Part shown: positions 21,317-33,613 of the stretch, one piece after another
Position numbering within the stretch: the stretch's first letter is position 1
How the letters are laid out: each line of letters opens with the position of its first letter
Virus record (IMG/VR): IMGVR_UViG_3300032275_000001
Location: 1-64,000 of that record
Length of the DNA: 64,000 nucleotides
From: a virus
Taxonomy: Duplodnaviria; Caudoviricetes
Reading direction: 5' to 3' (one strand)
Notes under the pieces: model-generated
What the model was told of the DNA's origin: nothing
Databases searched by the model: none
What the model saw: the letters and a program-made list of their open reading frames with translations, nothing else
Position numbers and translations under genes: made by a program

Positions 21317-22090
21317 TTACATATTGTATTTCCAGATAAAACCATGTGCAGATTTTTTATTTCTAGTATTATTTGCACATCTAGTTATTTCACTATGATA
21401 TGTAATTCCTAAAGATTCAGAAGCATTTTTAGCACAACTAAATTCATTTATGAATACGTTATCTAAACTAAACTGATACACTTTCTTTTTTTGAACATCT
21501 GAAATATGATTTTTTTGTTCTTTTGTTAAATTTTTACCTAATCTACTGTTTTTTAAAATTTCTATATTTTTTGGAATTTTTCCTTTTTTAGATTCTGACA
21601 TTTTTTCTTTAGTTTTATTGGAAACAATTTTTCCTTTTGCACTATTTGACATTTTTAATTTAGTTTCTTCAGAATGTTTTTTACCAAAAAAATGATTGTT
21701 TTCTGCAATAGATTTATTTTTTCTACTATTAGAAATTTTAAGTTTAGTTTTATTACTATGTTTTTTTCCTAACATAGGTTTTGTTAAAATACCATTTGGA
21801 TTTGTATTTGCTATATTATAGCCATATATTCTATCATGGACATTTAAAATATTACACCAATAATGTTCCATAGCTATTAATAACTCTTCAGGGTATTCTT
21901 CTAATATTTCTGGACAAAAACTTTCTTTTTTGTAAATTTTATAATCTTCCTGCAAATAGTAATTTCTATGTGTGTTATTTTTTAATTGATACATATGATT
22001 ATATTTTCTAGTGTTAAAATCATTAGTGTATCCTATATAGATACGATTAGTTACCAAGTTTGTTATTGTATAAATTGCTGATATTTTCAT
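21317..22090 (-). CDS. GIY-YIG homing endonuclease with NUMOD3 repeats and NUMOD1
   Basis: AIYTITN...YIGYT...GYN, GKKHSxxTKLKxS repeats, KVYQFSLD...SAHGFIWKY. Confidence 0.92.
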   Translation of the reverse strand: MKISAIYTITNLVTNRIYIGYTNDFNTRKYNHMYQLKNNTHRNYYLQEDYKIYKKESFCPEILEEYPEELLIAMEHYWCNILNVHDRIYGYNIANTNPNGILTKPMLGKKHSNKTKLKISNSRKNKSIAENNHFFGKKHSEETKLKMSNSAKGKIVSNKTKEKMSESKKGKIPKNIEILKNSRLGKNLTKEQKNHISDVQKKKVYQFSLDNVFINEFSCAKNASESLGITYHSEITRCANNTRNKKSAHGFIWKYNM

Positions 22091-22166
22091 AATTTTTAAT
22101 TTTAATACAACAAAGATACAAAATTAATTTGGATTAATATCAATACTAAAAGGATTTTTTAATAAT

Positions 22167-22200
22167 AAAAAACCCTCTCCAAATTAATGAAGAGGGCTTT
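22167..22200 (-). terminator. intrinsic terminator
   Basis: Minus strand GCCCTCTTC...GGAGAGGGT followed by a T run. Confidence 0.7.
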
Positions 22201-22217
22201 TATTAACAACAAACGAA

Positions 22218-23096
22218 TTAATAATCATCACCATCTTCACTAATAAATGCATCAGAAGCAACTAAGTTATCATCTGCATTATAATCTTGTAAGTCTTTGA
22301 GGATGTAATAGTCTTTACAACCATATTCTCCAATAACATTCATTACAAACTTCTCATGTGCTTTTAAGTCACGAGGTTTCTTATTCTTAAGATCACTCTG
22401 CACTCTCTTGCTTCCATAATCAACAAGTCTGAATTGTTTAAGAGCATAACCTCCTAAGAAAGCTTTGTTATAGATTCCTTGATACTCTTTAGATTCACCA
22501 TCACGTTCTTTGACAATAACAGTAGCAAGAGCTGCAACAGATTTAGCCCACTCACCATCAATTTGGTCCTTAAGATCTTTTACATTACCTCTCATCAACT
22601 TCTTCCATTCTAATTGTAGAACAGTGTCTGCATCACGATAATCAAGATCAGCTAACCATGTACGCATGAAGTTATAAAAATCTTCTTCTCCTGTATATGC
22701 AATTCTATAATCTCTTCCTTTGGTAAACCATTCAGCTAGATCATTCTCATCACCTGCCCAAGAACACATACCAATAGAATTGATATATTGATTCTTAGTA
22801 CCATCTTTATTCTCTCTCTCCTTATCTTCTAAGAAGAAGCTCACTTTCATTGGTTGTAATGTTGCATCTTTAACATCTTTCAACCATACATCGATTCTAA
22901 GATAGGTATTACCATCTTTAGTTTCTCCTAAATACTCAGCAGCTTTACTATCTTCTTTAAGCTCTATACCAAGCTTATCTTTATATTCTTCGATTGTTGG
23001 ATTGATAGCAACCACGTTTGCTTCAAACAATCCCACTCTTTTTACTGAATCACCACTTCCTGTGTTTTCTCTTTTCTTTCCTCCGATACTACTCAT
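22218..23096 (-). CDS. conserved replication-module protein (possible SSB)
   Basis: VVAINPT motif and acidic C-terminus. Lies next to the AAA ATPase, as in crAss-like replication modules. Confidence 0.5.
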   Translation of the reverse strand: MSSIGGKKRENTGSGDSVKRVGLFEANVVAINPTIEEYKDKLGIELKEDSKAAEYLGETKDGNTYLRIDVWLKDVKDATLQPMKVSFFLEDKERENKDGTKNQYINSIGMCSWAGDENDLAEWFTKGRDYRIAYTGEEDFYNFMRTWLADLDYRDADTVLQLEWKKLMRGNVKDLKDQIDGEWAKSVAALATVIVKERDGESKEYQGIYNKAFLGGYALKQFRLVDYGSKRVQSDLKNKKPRDLKAHEKFVMNVIGEYGCKDYYILKDLQDYNADDNLVASDAFISEDGDDY

Positions 23097-23113
23097 AATT
23101 TCTATTTATTTAT

Positions 23114-23788
23114 TTAAGCGTTATAATAATTTTTTAAACTGTCTGCTACTAATTGCAGGTTATTTGGTATTTTAAGTTCTGGGAACATTCCATCAGGACT
23201 TTTAGCTGGTATCTTTCTATGACGATTAGTTATTAACTGATAGTTAGTTGTACCATCTTTGTTCTCTTCTACATTAGTGTATAGACAAACAGTCAATAGA
23301 CCTTCCAATAACACTTGATTATCGATAAGTTTCCCAGCAGTCTTAATTTTATATCCTATGATATCTTGTCCATCCATCACTTCTTCTGGATGTGTTAGAT
23401 AGAATACAGTGATATCATCTCTTAACTGTCTAGCAGTTCTAAATAGATCTACCATGTCTTTAGCCATAACACTAAATTTGGTAAATCCTGTCTCTGTAGC
23501 TTTACTCACCATATTAAATCCCATAATGTAATTAGAGTCTTCAATGATGATGTTCTTAACATGTGGAGCTTTCTCTGAAATAGTTTTTAGCAATCGAGAT
23601 ATCTCGTTAGCATCATCTACTTCTTTGTAATTCTTCTTTTCTACATTGTAAAGTTTCTCACTTCCTTTGAATGGAAGCTCTTTCTTTGCAACATTAATAA
23701 TGTACGTTTCCTCTGGATCTAGGTGCTTGATACTGGTTGACTTCCCAGTTCCTGTGCTTCCCACAATCCCTACTAGCTTTGAACTCAT
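23114..23788 (-). CDS. AAA ATPase (Sak4-like)
   Basis: GSTGTGKST, IIIEDS, KIKTAGKL and AKSPDGMF. Confidence 0.8.
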   Translation of the reverse strand: MSSKLVGIVGSTGTGKSTSIKHLDPEETYIINVAKKELPFKGSEKLYNVEKKNYKEVDDANEISRLLKTISEKAPHVKNIIIEDSNYIMGFNMVSKATETGFTKFSVMAKDMVDLFRTARQLRDDITVFYLTHPEEVMDGQDIIGYKIKTAGKLIDNQVLLEGLLTVCLYTNVEENKDGTTNYQLITNRHRKIPAKSPDGMFPELKIPNNLQLVADSLKNYYNA

Positions 23789-23850
23789 GTGTTTTTAATT
23801 TATTTAGTTATTTATTTTAATTTTATAAAGATACAAAATAATCTTTTTAA

Positions 23851-24924
23851 TTACAAGTATTTTATTTTATTCTTGTCAAAAAACTCAAGTGCCTTGGTCA
23901 GCCATTTAAGTTCGATAGGTTCATTAGTGCTAATAATATAGATATGAGCTTTTTTATCTGGTGTATTATATTCCATACCCATACAACGATTTATTTTTTG
24001 TGCAAGATTTTCTGCATTACTATCAAAATAGTTGATGATCACCTTATCTAAGGGAGTATATGTTACGCCAGAATTTCCTATTTTAACAACAGCTAAATGA
24101 TTTCCTTTACCTTCAGCAAAGTCTTCAAAGATTTCTTTTTCTTTAGACTTATTATGATAGGAAGGAATACCAAGATTATCTGCAACAGCAGTGGTACCGC
24201 AGAATACTAAGACCCTCTCATTTTTATGTGCAGCCAAAAGTGCCTTTGTAGCTATAGTTTTGGCTAAGGATGATTGAATAAGTCTCATTCTAGCTAGACG
24301 TAAGAACATTGTATCAGACCCACTATTCTGTAGTTTGTTAATCACCCAGGATATGCCATCATAATGTTTCTTCTCAGTCTTGAACTTACCCTTGTAATCA
24401 TTGTATACAGTGTTATCTAAAGAAACTCTTATTACATGTATTTCATAATCTACTATCACTCCCTCTTCAATTGCTTTTTCAATTGGATAGTGAGCTATTA
24501 CATGTATGTCAAGTTCTTCTTCTAATTTTCTTTCTGTCCAACTGGATAGTGTACCAGTGAGACCAAGAATCTGTCCATTAACATCGAACAGGTCCTTACA
24601 AACTTCTATCTGAGCGTCACTCAGTAGATGTATTTCATCTATGATAACAATATCAAAGCTTTGTTCAGCATACTTCTTTAATGATAGATGTGTAGTGTAT
24701 GTGACAGTGCTGTCATCATAACCTAGATCATTAAAATCAGTTTGCCAAGACTCTTTAATCTTATTATCTGGATAAGCAATAAGTATGCTTTCAGGTTTTA
24801 GTTTTTCTAGTATTTTAATACTAGTTCTAATTTTACCGAACCTTGGAGCGAGCAATAGTATCCCATGCTTATTCTTAAGCCAAACCTTTGCAAATTCTTT
24901 TTGCCTCTTGTCTCTTAGTGTCAT
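23851..24924 (-). CDS. superfamily 2 helicase
   Basis: APRFGK, IIDEIH, LGLTGT and QKINR. Confidence 0.85.
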   Translation of the reverse strand: MTLRDKRQKEFAKVWLKNKHGILLLAPRFGKIRTSIKILEKLKPESILIAYPDNKIKESWQTDFNDLGYDDSTVTYTTHLSLKKYAEQSFDIVIIDEIHLLSDAQIEVCKDLFDVNGQILGLTGTLSSWTERKLEEELDIHVIAHYPIEKAIEEGVIVDYEIHVIRVSLDNTVYNDYKGKFKTEKKHYDGISWVINKLQNSGSDTMFLRLARMRLIQSSLAKTIATKALLAAHKNERVLVFCGTTAVADNLGIPSYHNKSKEKEIFEDFAEGKGNHLAVVKIGNSGVTYTPLDKVIINYFDSNAENLAQKINRCMGMEYNTPDKKAHIYIISTNEPIELKWLTKALEFFDKNKIKYL

Positions 24925-25988
24925 TCTCTTAGGAAATATGATTTGTTAGTAATTGCTGCATAATCAGAATCTGTTATATCTTTCTTTCTAGGGAGTTCTT
25001 TGAACATACCAATCTGACCTAGGAAACCTAAACCAATACGTACATCATCTTCTCCATAGCTATTCTTGATAAGTCTTAAGCTTCTGAAATACTTAGCTCC
25101 ATATTGATCTTTTAATTTATCTAGGTCATATCCAGAAGGATCTGCAACCTTGTATCTCATAGGATCAAATAATGCCATAACAACATCAGCATCATTCTGT
25201 GTTGCTGAGCTGTCTGCAAAATCTTCTAGTTGAGGTTCTACATCACCATTCTTTATCCTAGAAGGATTAGAAATGTCACGATTAAACTGACTAACCACCA
25301 CTGGTGAATATCCATAGAAGTCTCTAGCATATCTGAGTTCATCAGACATCTTATCAATAGCTTGTTTCTTTGTAGGTTGATCTTTAGTTAGTTTAAGCAA
25401 ACCAATGTGATCTATCACCACCATAGTGATTTGACTTGGGTCATTAGGAACATATATTTTATTCCATTTGTCCAATTGTTGTATCTTACCATTCTCAAGA
25501 GCATAATCTCTTAGCTCTTTTGCTATACCTACAGGATTTTCTGGTCCATCAATGATAGTAACAATTTCACTTAGTTGCTCTACATAATCTCTGTAATGTA
25601 GAAACAAGTCATGTTCATCTTTAGTCATCTTCTCAGTCCAACCAAGAAGCTTACCTACAGGAATAATAATTCCCTGGTCTAGAAATATCTTACGAGATAC
25701 CCATTTGGCCATCTTGTATGTTCTACTTCTCTCCATGGACCTATACCACACTTTCACTTTGATACCTGAAGCAATTCCTTCTTTAGACATAGCCCAATCA
25801 ACAGGATTAAGAACAAATGCATCATCAATAAATGATGTCTTACCTGATCCAGTGTTACCACCTATCAAATAATACATACCCTTACGAATACCTACATATC
25901 TGGTCAAGCGATCAAAGCCCATTGGTATTCCTCTATTGAAATCACCTAGGCCTTTGTTAACTTCTGCATTTAATAGTTCAAAACTCAT
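24921..25988 (-). CDS. dnaB: DnaB-like replicative helicase
   Basis: GNTGSGKT, SME, VIDHIG, SQFNR, D..DS....NDADVV and KNSYG. Confidence 0.9.
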   Translation of the reverse strand: MSFELLNAEVNKGLGDFNRGIPMGFDRLTRYVGIRKGMYYLIGGNTGSGKTSFIDDAFVLNPVDWAMSKEGIASGIKVKVWYRSMERSRTYKMAKWVSRKIFLDQGIIIPVGKLLGWTEKMTKDEHDLFLHYRDYVEQLSEIVTIIDGPENPVGIAKELRDYALENGKIQQLDKWNKIYVPNDPSQITMVVIDHIGLLKLTKDQPTKKQAIDKMSDELRYARDFYGYSPVVVSQFNRDISNPSRIKNGDVEPQLEDFADSSATQNDADVVMALFDPMRYKVADPSGYDLDKLKDQYGAKYFRSLRLIKNSYGEDDVRIGLGFLGQIGMFKELPRKKDITDSDYAAITNKSYFLRE

Positions 25989-26614
25989 ATGTCTGTACCT
26001 CCTTGTGGTTTCTGTGGAGCAATGTCTATTTTAGCTCCATCATTAATTAGTTCAATATAAGCCTCGAATGCTCTCTGGTTTAGATAAGTTACACTGTTTT
26101 GCATAAAGGTCATTCTATTACTGTTGCTATCAACAGAAGATTCTTTCTTTTGTAAGAGTTCATAATTGAGGGCACCTATAAGCTGTGCAGCTGTATATTC
26201 TCCTTCAAGTAAAATCTTATCAAATTTAAGTCTACATTCATCTTTACCCTTTCTAATAGATCTGGTACCTGTGAACTTCTTGTTCTTATACTCAAATGAA
26301 TCAGTTCCTGGATAGGTCTTCCACCACTCTTCAAAATCTGTTGTGGCAGGTCTTCTTCTTACAATCTTAGTGTTCATCTTAGTGTCCATAAACACCAACA
26401 AGTCTCTACCTAGCACTGTGAGTTTCTCATCATCTTTTGTTATTAATGCTTTTCTTATCAAAGACTGATAGACAGAAGCAATTTTCATACTCCCCTCACA
26501 TAGAGGAGAGACATCATACTGTTCGTCTATCAGCTTCAGTAGAAATATAACATCAAGGTTGTGTCCTATTTTGATGAGCTCTTCGTATTGTTGAGGGCTT
26601 ATTGTTAATTTCAT
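25985..26614 (-). CDS. putative replication initiator / helicase loader
   Basis: FEEWWKTYP...SVTYLNQRAFE, directly upstream of DnaB. Confidence 0.5.
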   Translation of the reverse strand: MKLTISPQQYEELIKIGHNLDVIFLLKLIDEQYDVSPLCEGSMKIASVYQSLIRKALITKDDEKLTVLGRDLLVFMDTKMNTKIVRRRPATTDFEEWWKTYPGTDSFEYKNKKFTGTRSIRKGKDECRLKFDKILLEGEYTAAQLIGALNYELLQKKESSVDSNSNRMTFMQNSVTYLNQRAFEAYIELINDGAKIDIAPQKPQGGTDI

Positions 26615-27290
26615 GTTTTACTATTTTAATTATTGCAGGTTTTCTTTTTTTATTTTCCTGTTCGTTTTCACATTTATGCCATGCTGCCTCAATCTCTTTT
26701 TGTCTCTCAACAGCATAGATTTCATCATTGGTATATTCCCAATCTTGTAACAGCCAGTCCATAATTATTTAGCTTTTCTAGGTCTTCCAACTTGTTTTTT
26801 AGCAACTGGTGTAGTTTTAATGATGTTAATCTTAGGGGTTCTCTTTTTATATTTTCTCTTTGGTTTAACTATCAATTCTTCTACATCATCACTTTTAAGC
26901 GGATATCCTTCATCTTCCATTCTAATTGTAACTCTTAAATCTTTAGATGATCCATAAAGACTTAATACTATTGCTGTAAAAATAGCAAATACTCCTGTAA
27001 TAATAATAACTGAATTTGTTTCCATGTTTTCTTTTTTTTAATGTTAAAATTTAATTCTCAATCCAAACTGACAGTCAAACCATCCGAATGTTGATTCTGC
27101 TTTACTTTTGTTAAACTTAAATATTTTCTTTAATAGAGGAATAGCATAAGCTTTAATTTTATCATGCTGTTCTGGTGTTATTGTATTGTTATAATACCAT
27201 TGTTCATCCTCTTCTACATCTTTTATTGTTAAATCAATTAATGATAATTGATACTCAATTAGATGTTGTGTAATGTTTGTGCGATTTATT

Positions 27291-29309
27291 TTACTTGGCT
27301 TCACCCCAAGATTGCCCAATGTTTGCATCTGCTTTTATTTTTAAGTTAGTTAAATAATAATTACCTCCTTCTAACATAGAGGATTGAACAGCTTCTTTAG
27401 CTATTTCTTTTAAATTTTCTTCACATTCTACAATAATTTCATCATGAACTGTATTAACAATTTTTATTTTATTAATATAGTTGTTATTTAAAATCCATTC
27501 AAATAATATACTAGTTGCTCTTTTTAGTTGATGAGCACTTCTAGCTTGAACAGGATTATTAAGACATAAACGTTGATATTCAGATTTAAGTTTAAAGAAT
27601 TGACTTACTTCTATTTTTTTAGATTTATAATAATTTACTGAATTAGGAAAAATATATTTGTATTTATTTCCTTTTTCTTCTTCGTCAAACTTTTTTTTGT
27701 AATCAAGTTTTCCTTGTTTATACATTGTCCATTGTTCTTTTGTAATGGATTCTACTTTTTCTTTGTATTCTTTAAATTTATCAAACTTAGGAAGAGCAAG
27801 TTTCCACCCATCTGCAGATTCAATATATCCTTGTTTAATAGATTCTTTAAACACTTCATCTCCCCATGTATACAATCCTTCATGAAGTTCTTTAAAAGCA
27901 TTTTCAATTTTATATGCTTTTTCTAAAGGTATTCCTTCATTTTGGTGAATAGTATAAGCTGAGCCTCCATATTGAAATGCAAATCTTGGACTTTTAGCTG
28001 ATTGTCTTTTAGATTTATGTTCATTAATTATTGTTTCATCATCAAAATCTTTTAATTCTGGAAACAATATTCTAGCAAAAGCACAATGTAAATCATAACC
28101 ATTAACTACAGAAGCAGTCATAGCAGTATCACCAGATAAATCTGCAGCAACAACAGTTTCTTGACCACTATAGTCACAAACAATAATTACATTTCCTTCA
28201 TTAGCTTTAAAACACTTTCTAGTAATAGAATCAGAAGGAAAATTTAAGAAATTTATATTGCCTTTTCTTGTAGATAATCTAGCTGTATCAACCATTGGAT
28301 TAAAATTAGTATATATACGTTCATTTTCTATTTGTTTATATATACTATTCCCAAAGGTTGTCACTCTATGATTAGCTTCTTGAAAACTAAGCCACATCTT
28401 AACAAATTTATGTTTAGATTTACTTATAATGTTTTCACCAATACTATTCTTACCATCTTTATCTTTAGTTTCTATACCAAGAGCATTAAACACTTTAATC
28501 ATTTGTAATGAAGAACCTATTGATATATGTATTCTTTTTTTAGTATCAAACATGTCTATTTGACTATCTGCAAACTGTTTAAGATTATCATATATATAAT
28601 CTTCAATGACTTCTTTCCATTTAATTGTATTTTCTGCATCTACAAGCATTTTATCAATCCATGCTTCAGAGCTAATAGGAAGCCCACATTGCTCAATATA
28701 AGCAAGAGCTTTAACATATCTACAATGTAAATTATAAGTGTCTATAAAGCCTCCTTTATCAATCTTTAACATAAGAGCATCATGTAGCTCAATAAGTCTA
28801 TCAATATCATTAAATGAATATTCAATTGTGCTTGTTTGACTTAGTTTTACTATATGAATATTCTTTTGGTCTGTTTTGTCATAAATAACATTTAGCTCTT
28901 TTTTCATTACAGAACCAAAATCATGTCTTATAGGTAGATAATATTCATCTACACCTCCATTATATAAGATTTTACTAGCAAGCATTGTATCTTTTACATT
29001 TTTAGGATAAAACCCATACTTATAACAAAATCCTACATCAAACAAAGCATTATGAAATATCATTGTTTTATCTTCTATATATGGAACAAGATCAGCAAAC
29101 TCATAATTATCATTATACATAACAATTATATAATTATTTTCTCCTGTTCCTATTTGAAAACAAAACATATCACAATTTCTTGGTTGTAATCCTGTAGTTT
29201 CTGAATCACAAGCTATTGTTTCAGGTAATACCATATCTTCTAATGTACAATAATTATATTCCCCAATAGCCTCAAATGGTTTTTTATTTTTACATATTAT
29301 ATAATTCAT
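27291..29309 (-). CDS. polA: family A DNA polymerase with 3'-5' exonuclease
   Basis: Exonuclease motifs DSETTG, HNALFD and DTML. Polymerase motifs TARLS, DYSGQE (A), RQSAKSPRFAFQYG (B) and VHDE (C). Confidence 0.93.
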   Translation of the reverse strand: MNYIICKNKKPFEAIGEYNYCTLEDMVLPETIACDSETTGLQPRNCDMFCFQIGTGENNYIIVMYNDNYEFADLVPYIEDKTMIFHNALFDVGFCYKYGFYPKNVKDTMLASKILYNGGVDEYYLPIRHDFGSVMKKELNVIYDKTDQKNIHIVKLSQTSTIEYSFNDIDRLIELHDALMLKIDKGGFIDTYNLHCRYVKALAYIEQCGLPISSEAWIDKMLVDAENTIKWKEVIEDYIYDNLKQFADSQIDMFDTKKRIHISIGSSLQMIKVFNALGIETKDKDGKNSIGENIISKSKHKFVKMWLSFQEANHRVTTFGNSIYKQIENERIYTNFNPMVDTARLSTRKGNINFLNFPSDSITRKCFKANEGNVIIVCDYSGQETVVAADLSGDTAMTASVVNGYDLHCAFARILFPELKDFDDETIINEHKSKRQSAKSPRFAFQYGGSAYTIHQNEGIPLEKAYKIENAFKELHEGLYTWGDEVFKESIKQGYIESADGWKLALPKFDKFKEYKEKVESITKEQWTMYKQGKLDYKKKFDEEEKGNKYKYIFPNSVNYYKSKKIEVSQFFKLKSEYQRLCLNNPVQARSAHQLKRATSILFEWILNNNYINKIKIVNTVHDEIIVECEENLKEIAKEAVQSSMLEGGNYYLTNLKIKADANIGQSWGEAK

Positions 29310-29346
29310 AATTTAGTTTTTAGGGTTACAAAGATAATAAAAAATA

Positions 29347-32300
29347 TTAGTTATTATAATAATATCTTACGTGATCAGAATATATTACCACTCTACTTGG
29401 TACACCATTGAATGATATATTAGTTGGAGGAACTTCAATACCTATTTCTGCAGGCTGTTGTTTAATCTCAGACTTCTCTATAATCTCTTCACATATCTCT
29501 TTTAATATGACTTCTGATTTATTATCAGTTACATCTAATAGAGAACCTGGCATAAGATCAAAGTCTATTGATTGTTGTACAATAGTTGGTCTAATCTTTC
29601 TTACATGTGGTCTTCTAGTTGGTCCATCATAATTCTTTTTAATCTTCTTTGTAGATTTAGCAAGTTTCCAAACTTTTGCATAAACTCCTCCAATTGGTCT
29701 ATCAAATTCTACGCATAAATTATCTGCAATAATAGAAACAGGTTTACCTGTTCTAATTTCTTCTTTAATGTAATTAATTTCTTTTGCTGTGTACGTTCTT
29801 TTCATACTGGTTTTAGTTTACGGTTTATAAATTCTCTTACAATCATTCTATTTCTATGTGATAACTCTCTAGTATCAAACTCAACTTGTATGATGTTCTC
29901 ATATACCTTTCTTGATATCATGTATTTAACACCATTCTTGTGAGTTGGATCATTTGATTCTAATGTAGCAGCTGTACTCTTTAGTTTGTTAGCTATTGAT
30001 TCAGCTATTTTTCTTTCTTTTGTATGCTTATCTGATGATAATATATTCATATTTATTCTTCTTCTAATCCATCGTTTAATGTTTCATCCCAATCATTATC
30101 TGATTCAGGAACTCTTAATATCACTTTATCTTCAAATAATATAGGCCCTGGTTCTTCATCATTCTCACTTAGTTCTATATCTATATATCCATCACATTCT
30201 CTTAATATGAAATTGATGTCATCTAATGATATTTCTCTAAGTTCATCTGTATGTTGTCCTTCATCCCACCAACCAAGTTCTTCTTCAGTTGCTAATAGTT
30301 CTTCACCATCATCTATGATGAATAGTTCAACAGGCGCACCATTAGCAGCCATAAATGCAGCAGCATCTTCAGGAACTTCTTCTAGTGCCCATAGTTCTAC
30401 ATATGGTTCTATTATGCCAACAGATATTCTATTGACAAAGAGCATACCCTTCTCTAATGTAAAAGGAAGGTAACTCTTTAATACTATTTCTCCTGTATAC
30501 CACATTAGAAATCTGTTTTAATTGGTTGTGGTGATATTTCATATGTACATGTTTGACTATATAGTCTTAGTATTATGTGAAGCTGTTCTATTCTTAAATA
30601 ATTCTCTTCTTCCTCTAATGCTAGTCCTTTTATCTGTACACCATTACCATTATCAATTAGTTCAATAGCTTTTGTTTCTACAATACTACTGTCCCATTCA
30701 AGATGCTCACTGTAATACAATGTGTGAATCATTGAACCTTCTGTGTTTGTTTTTAGATAGTCATACTCATGTATACCATCTATGTAAATTTCTTCCATGT
30801 TATTAGGGGGTTTTAAGTTAATATCCTGCTAGTTTTGCCATTAATCCATCATTGCTTAATATATAAGCAAGAGAGTTTTCTTGTTGTGATGTAAGAGATT
30901 TAATAGCAGAAACAAGATTGATTCTACTATATGTTATATCTTCTCCATACATCTTCTTTACATTCTCTCCTATTTCTAAGAAGTCTGTTATGTTAAAATG
31001 ATCTATAGGTTGTTCATTATCATCAACCCATCTTCCGTTAATTATTTTCATTGTTCTTGATTTAATTGGTTATCTATTGCTTTCTCTATTATTTCATTGT
31101 ATACATCATCACTAAGTAAATCAGTGATTCTTGTTCCATTAAGTGACACAGATATTATTTCAAACTCAGCAGAACATCCTGGATGTCCAGATCCATCTGG
31201 ATAATACATAACCATTGGTTCTTCAGGAGAATAATATCCATGTACATCTAAATACACATCATCTATTGTAACACCTATTTCTATTTCTTTCATAGCTTAT
31301 TTCTTTTTAAATTGTTCAAACCATTCATCAAATGGTATATAACTTTGAGCATAAGAGTTTTTATATCTCACCCAATAATGTTCTCTTTTATCCATTAAAT
31401 CATATACTTCTTCCTCACTATAACTATTCTCTTGTTGCCATTTAGCAAATAATATATGACTTTCTATAATTGCTTCTTTACTTGCATAAATGTCTGGATA
31501 TGTTTTATCTCCACTAATTTGTTTAGTAAATCTATTATTTACAAATATTTCAGCAGCTTCTTCAAGTGTTTCTTTATTTTTCATAATGTGATTTCATTGA
31601 TTTATAAGATTCTAATAATAATTCTCCATCTCTGTTATCAAAAACAGATTTTAATATTCTATTCTTTTCTGTGTCATCAGGTAAAGAATTAATCATATCT
31701 ATAAAATAACCTAACCTCCAAGTAAGAATAATATTCTCTTGTTCTTTCATACACATATCAATAACCTCTTTAGGGTTGATGTTATAATCAAAAGGAACTT
31801 TAAATATAACTTCTTCAAGTGTTTCTTGTTTAGGTTCTTCTTTTGGATTACACTTTCTACATATTTTAGGGTTAACCCCATTAATTACACCTGATTGACA
31901 ATTCTTATTATCACAATTACTAATTTTAAGTTCTTCTTTTGGAATGATGATTTTATATTTATAGGTTAATTTATGATTTTTAGTTCCATTAGCAATTCTT
32001 TTAATGTCAACTTCATCACAACTACTATTATTAACAAACCACTCTAAAAAATCATCATCAATAGCTTGTACACCATCTTTGATTAAGTCTTGGTCTGTTG
32101 TTAGGATTATTTTACGTTCATAACCTCCATAAATATCTCTAATTGTAGATTTTGACATTTGATTTTGCAATCCTAAAAACCAATCTCTTTCTTTAATTTC
32201 TTCTGAATTAGTGATGTAGATGTGTTGGTTAGTTGCCCCATCAACTTGTTGTAAATAACCTTCTGACCAATCTAACTTACCAATACTATTTACTTTATAA

Positions 32301-33216
32301 GTTCTACTTGGTTTGTCTGTTGATAATATGTGTATGTTTTTCATCTTATAATGTGTTTTTATAGTTAAATTGTAAGTTTTAAACTGACTAGAGTGATATA
32401 AATCATAATATAATGTGATTTATATCTCAAGATAGTCTTCTATATCTTCTCCTTTTTCATTTTGAAAAATGTCAGGACACATACCACATGTATACCATTC
32501 TAGCACAATCTCATGTACTTGATCATCAGTTAATCCTAACTGTTCAATAGTTGATATATTTGGTAGAATCTTATTAGTCATAATATTATATAATGATTTA
32601 ACTTGTTCTATTGTTTTTATATGTTTCAAGCTATAATGTAATGAATCTTCAAAATCATCATTACTAACACACATTGTTATATAATCATCATCACGTTCAT
32701 AACAATGAAATTGTAAAGAGATATCTTTATTTATTTTTAAAGATAAATAAGGATTAACATCTATGAATCCTAAACCAATAAGATTATCTTTTGTTATCTG
32801 TATATTTTTCATAATGTTATTTGTTTTTTACTATATGCAATCTTCTTTTCTTGTCATAAATAACATTTTCTTCTGGTATAAGCTTAACCTCACTCAATAA
32901 TATCTTACAAGGCTCATCTAAATACCATACATAGTCTGGATCTGTATCTGAGATCATACCAATCTCACAATACTTTGCTCTGATTCCTGGTGGTTGGAAA
33001 TAAACTGTGTTACTCATTTTTGTTGAATGTTTCTTCATAGATCTTTTCTAAAGTCCAGTGGTTTTTCTGTGTTGTCATAATACAACATTTAGCTCCAAAG
33101 TGTAGCATGTCTTTCTTCTCCATTTCTTTGGCTTGTTCATATATACTATCAAATTCATCTTGGGTAAAATGTTCTTTTGATTGCATTTGTTTGAAATACC
33201 ATTCTATTGCTGTCAT
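29347..33216 (-). CDS. array of small hypothetical early proteins
   Basis: About 11 tightly packed ORFs. Recurrent motifs ETLEE, WFEQFKKK and EQAKEMEK. Confidence 0.6.
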
Positions 33217-33458
33217 ATCTTATTTCTTTTTAAGTTAATAAAGAATAAGGGCTCCTGTTACAGAGCCCATCATTCCCCTCCTTAATAACCCAACTTCTCA
33301 AGTTGATTTATATTGGCTTCTACAATATACACACCGTGTGTTATTGTACATGAGAATGCTATACACATAGCAAACGCTAATTGTCTGAATTGCCAAAATT
33401 CTGTTGGCTGTAATCTAATTGTCTTCATTTCTATTGTTATTAAGGATTAATACAAATT

Positions 33459-33485
33459 AAAAAAGCCTCTTGTTACAGAGGCTTT
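33459..33485 (-). terminator. intrinsic terminator downstream of tmRNA
   Basis: Minus strand AAAGCCTCT-GTAACA-AGAGGCTTTTTT. Confidence 0.8.
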
Positions 33486-33613
33486 GATTGTTGAGGTTGG
33501 AACTTTCTTCTCTTAAGTACTCAACACCTTTTTTGTGTAAAAAGGACTTAACATTCGTGGTATGCAAACTACCCAATGTCTGTTACTGTGCTATTTGCGT
33601 CAAGTAACTGCTG

